Assembly: GCA_965218095.1 (NCBI GenBank)
Contig: OZ244587.1
Location: 768,001 to 832,000, forward strand
Reading direction: 5' to 3'
From: Candidatus Poribacteria bacterium
GTDB taxonomy: Bacteria > Poribacteria > WGA-4E > PCPOR2b
Length of the DNA stretch: 64,000 nt
The notes beneath the pieces are model-generated. The model had not been told where the DNA came from and did no database searches. It worked only from the letters and a program-made list of their open reading frames with translations. Shown here piece by piece: positions 60,860 to 64,000 of the stretch. Made by a program: the position numbers and the translations under genes. Each line of letters opens with the position of its first letter. Position 1 is the stretch's first letter.

Positions 60860-62074
60860 TAACGACTTGTGCTAGGTTCTGTTGACATTTCGCTGTCGCG
60901 AATTCGGCAAACGCTGTAATCATCATGCAACCCGCCAAAAACCAAGACAGTTGTCCGAAATCGCCTCAAGGTGCATCAGGTCGAAGACTCTCGGAACGGA
61001 GATTGGTTCAATCCGTCAAATGTCAACAGAACCTAGTTAAAAGGCAAAGGAAGTGCTATCCTTTGAGAGAAGTTACTTATCTCGAATGAAAGAGAGGAAG
61101 CATTTCAATGGAGTTATGTCAAAAGCTGAGTGCCGCTTTCGCACAAGAAGGAATCACGTCGCTGAATCTCGAAGACTTGCTGAGTGTGAGTTTCATTGTT
61201 ATTGATGATTTGTATGAACACCATTTCCCCGATGGAATGCCCCATCGGGGTGTCCCCAATAGCAACCTAGCCGACAGTGAAGTAATAACCATCGCTTGGG
61301 GCGGTGAGATGGTTGGCATTGATAGTCAACGGGTTAGTATAACCTTGTCAAAAAGGAGTTCTGCCATCTATTTCCGCATTTACCTGAGTGAACTCGATTT
61401 AATCGTCGGCGTCGTAATCTGTCGGGAGTAAGTGGAAAACTTAGACAAGCACTCAACGATGAACTTCCGTTAAACGACATCTTCATTGTCGATAGCTTGG
61501 CTGTCCCCCTCTGTGACTTTAAGCGTGCGCATTCTTCCACATCGCCTCTCAAGTGTCAGGACCTACGGGTATTGTGAAACCAAAGGATTGGGTACATTCT
61601 TAGGATTTCGCATTCATCTAATCATCAAGGCGTACCCCTCGCTTTTTCCGTACCCAATGCCAATGTTGATGAGCGGGAGGTACTTTCGACGATGTGTGAA
61701 ACAGGCGATTATCCCCTGATAATTGGAGACAAAGGTTACATTTCAGACCCATTGAGTGAGATACTCCTTGAGTTGGATGGGATTCGCTTATTCGCTATCA
61801 AGCGTGAGAATCAGAAGTCACAACATACGCCACAACTCCGGCGGAATCTCAATTGGATTCGGAGACGAATTGAAACTACCATCAATCAACTCAATGCCCA
61901 GTTTCATCTCTGTCGAATCAGAGCGCGTTATCATTGGGGCATGTTGACCCGAATTATTGATAAGCTAGCGGGGTTCAGCTTAGCAGTTTTGCTCAACCGC
62001 AGTCTAGGACGACCGCTTATGGAAATCAAAGACTTAGTTTTCGCATAGCCTATATCAACTAGCACAAGTCGTTA
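60860..62074 (+). mobile_element. IS982-family element with frameshifted transposase and interrupted left IR
   Basis: 'LADSEVITI', 'RFNRRRRNL', 'IVDS..VP.C', 'YGYC', 'GDKGY', 'RRRIET..NQL'; IRs taacgacttgtgctagtt / aactagcacaagtcgtta. Confidence 0.85.
60872..61036. mobile_element. MITE inserted at a CTAG inside the IS982 left IR
   Basis: Perfect 19-bp IR ctaggttctgttgacattt / aaatgtcaacagaacctag; no coding capacity. Confidence 0.85.
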
Positions 62075-62280
62075 TAGTATCTAAAATGGTAAGGACAACC
62101 AATCATCTGTTGAATTTACGCTATTGTAGCAAAGGCATTCCCAAAAGTCAAGACAAAACAGGGAAAACAGTGCATCAGTAAAGCGGTAACCGTTGCATAG
62201 ACCGAACCCCTGATTTGACAGGGGTTCTGGGGGGACGATTCCCTAAAATCGGGGGTTCACCCCCATCGTGTCGGAGGTTA

Positions 62281-62652
62281 ATGAACAAGACAGTGTCTCG
62301 AAATCAAATGTGTCGGAGAGTTTTTTTTGAGGTGGATGAGATTCGATTGATGTCCAAAATTCGACTGGATAAGTATTTGGAAGGGGTTCGTCGACAAGTT
62401 ATTGGGCAGAGGGCTCGGCAAGGAAGGAAACATCAGCTATTAAGTATGCCTGATGCACTGCAGGACAGCTTTCAATTCTTTGGCCTGACCTATCCGGTTG
62501 ACTTTAATGCGTTGCCGGAACGTTATCGCTAACTCGCGCTGAGTTATCATCCGGATAAGGGCGGGAGCCTTGAAATGATGCAGCGGCTTAACACCGCGTA
62601 TCAGCGGATTTCGGATTATTTACGTCAAGCGGAAACGGACCGTCGCTTATGA
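62281..62652 (+). pseudogene. J-domain (DnaJ-like) protein with in-frame TAA; start approximate
   Basis: 'ERYR*LALSYHPDKGGSLEMMQRLNTAYQRI': the HPD motif lies just past the stop at 62530-62532. Confidence 0.8.
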
Positions 62653-62655
62653 GTA

Positions 62656-63258
62656 TCAGGCAAAGATTGCATCCACGGTCAGTCGGAAGTCTAGAAGTGC
62701 TTCACTACGGACGGTCTCGCCAAAGCCATAGAGACCCGCTCGGATTTCTCCACCGATAGGCGCAGGACTTCAACAGATCCGGATTCACGGCTGACCAGCC
62801 AGCATTCTTTGACGCCGATCTGTTGATAATCTGCCCATTTTCCAGCTAGCCCCTTTTTTGTGTCCGAAGGTGAAAGCACTTCTATGACCAAATCCGGGGC
62901 AATCTCAAGAAATTGCAGTGCTTCAAGGTCATCAAGACTGGTGCCGGGCAGTTCGTCTTTGTGGATAAACAACATATCAGGTTGGCGCGTCCGTAACGGG
63001 TCACGTTGAAAGATAATATCAACCGGTGCAAAGAGCACCACACCCAGTTCTTGTGTTGCTTCTTGTGTTGTTATATACTGGTTTAGTGAGGTAAAGATGT
63101 TTGCGCCTATTATTTGATGGTCCGGTATTGGAATAGGGCAAGGCGTCATTTCTCCATCAATGATTTCATACGGGTGATTGAGCTCCGGCATCAGCAGATA
63201 GTCTGCGAGGGTAATCTTCTTTTTTCAGTTCATCCAAGGCGGTTGGTATCGCAGGCAT
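62656..63258 (-). pseudogene. Uma2 (DUF820) endonuclease-family gene, frameshifted at both ends
   Basis: YEIIDG, QPDMLF, APDLVIEVLSPS, YQQIGVKECWLV; RBS-ATG 63258 is out of frame at an A6 run; the natural tail 'TVRSEALLDFRLTVDAIFA*' is in another frame. Confidence 0.8.
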
Positions 63259-63352
63259 CGGTGTACCTCCAATCAAAAAAGCTGGCAATCAGGACAGGAC
63301 TGCCGGCTTTATCATTGGTCTCATATAGGCATCGCGAGGTGACTTCTCTATC

Positions 63353-64000
63353 TCACGGCAAATTCGTCGTCCCCATTAAGTATCGGTCAACTTCACGGGC
63401 GGCACCACGTCCTTCTTTGAAAGCCCAGACAACCAGACTCTGCCCGCACCGCATGTCACCGGCAGCAAATACACCGGGGATGTTGGTCGCATATTTATCT
63501 TCTTCCGCTTTGACATTAGAACGTTCATCACGCCCGACATCAAGTTCATCCAAAATTGTATCTTCAGGACCGAGGAAGCCCATCGCCAAAAGCACTAAAT
63601 CCGCAGGCCAGACTTTCTCCGTGCCTTCGATCGGCTTGGGGAAAGGACGCCCCCCGTCCCCCGGAACCCATTCGACTTCGACGGTATGGAGTGCTTTTAC
63701 GTGGCCATTTTCGTCGCCAACGAATTTCGTGGTGTTGATGAGGTAGATGCGCGGATCGCCCCCAAATTTGGCGGCGACTTCTTCTTGTCCATAGTCAAGT
63801 TGGTAAACCCGTGGATACTCCGGCCACGGGTTATTGGGTGCTCGTTCGTCTGGCGGACGTTCTAGAATCTCAAACTGGGTGAGGCTTTTGCATCCATGGC
63901 GCATGGAGGTCCCCACACAATCGGTGCCTGTATCGCCGCCACCGATAACGATGACGTGTTTGTCTTTAGCCGAAATATAGTTCCCATCTGCATGATTAGA
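63353..64000 (-). CDS. gltD: Glutamate synthase small subunit (3' part; runs off the window)
   Basis: [61 protein letters not shown]. Confidence 0.95.
   Translation of the reverse strand, partial: SNHADGNYISAKDKHVIVIGGGDTGTDCVGTSMRHGCKSLTQFEILERPPDERAPNNPWPEYPRVYQLDYGQEEVAAKFGGDPRIYLINTTKFVGDENGHVKALHTVEVEWVPGDGGRPFPKPIEGTEKVWPADLVLLAMGFLGPEDTILDELDVGRDERSNVKAEEDKYATNIPGVFAAGDMRCGQSLVVWAFKEGRGAAREVDRYLMGTTNLP

Noticed and set aside
62203-62272. GC-rich hairpins upstream of the J-domain pseudogene as a riboswitch or ncRNA
   Set aside because: The stem gaacccctg/caggggttc is real, but I see no recognisable riboswitch or tRNA consensus; an Rfam search would be needed.
17693-62532. Stop-codon reassignment or readthrough suggested by in-frame stops (TGA 17693, TAA 36289 and 36832, TAG 38288, TAA 62530)
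   Set aside because: All three stop types are involved, all three also end intact core genes, and one affected gene carries a frameshift as well. Ordinary nonsense mutations explain them.

Overview
Bacterial chromosome segment of roughly 50% GC, most likely Candidatus Poribacteria. That assignment is an inference from the dockerin, cohesin and LRR domains and the C-terminal 'NYPNPFNPETWIPYQL...TRKMLILK' domain. From left to right it holds: (i) about 15 kb of catabolic genes (Zn-dehydrogenase, an odd 'GCEY' P-loop kinase, SDR, two tandem ~660-aa unknown enzymes, a galactonate-dehydratase-like enolase, an esterase) plus folD; (ii) a ~33 kb minus-strand nuo+atp superoperon (nuoABCDEFGH-JKLMN then atpZ/I-B-E-F-H-A-G-D-C) that lacks nuoI and is interrupted at eight junctions by co-oriented passenger genes, several of them decaying; (iii) a ~1,400-aa diheme/LRR/cohesin/dockerin surface protein; (iv) larC split at an A9 frameshift site; (v) a TCA cluster (divergent citrate synthase, icd, mdh); (vi) nested IS debris (IS5 relic, and an IS982 with a MITE inside its left IR), pseudogenes and the 3' part of gltD. 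No rRNA, tRNA or CRISPR array was seen. All family calls come from motif recognition by eye, not database searches.
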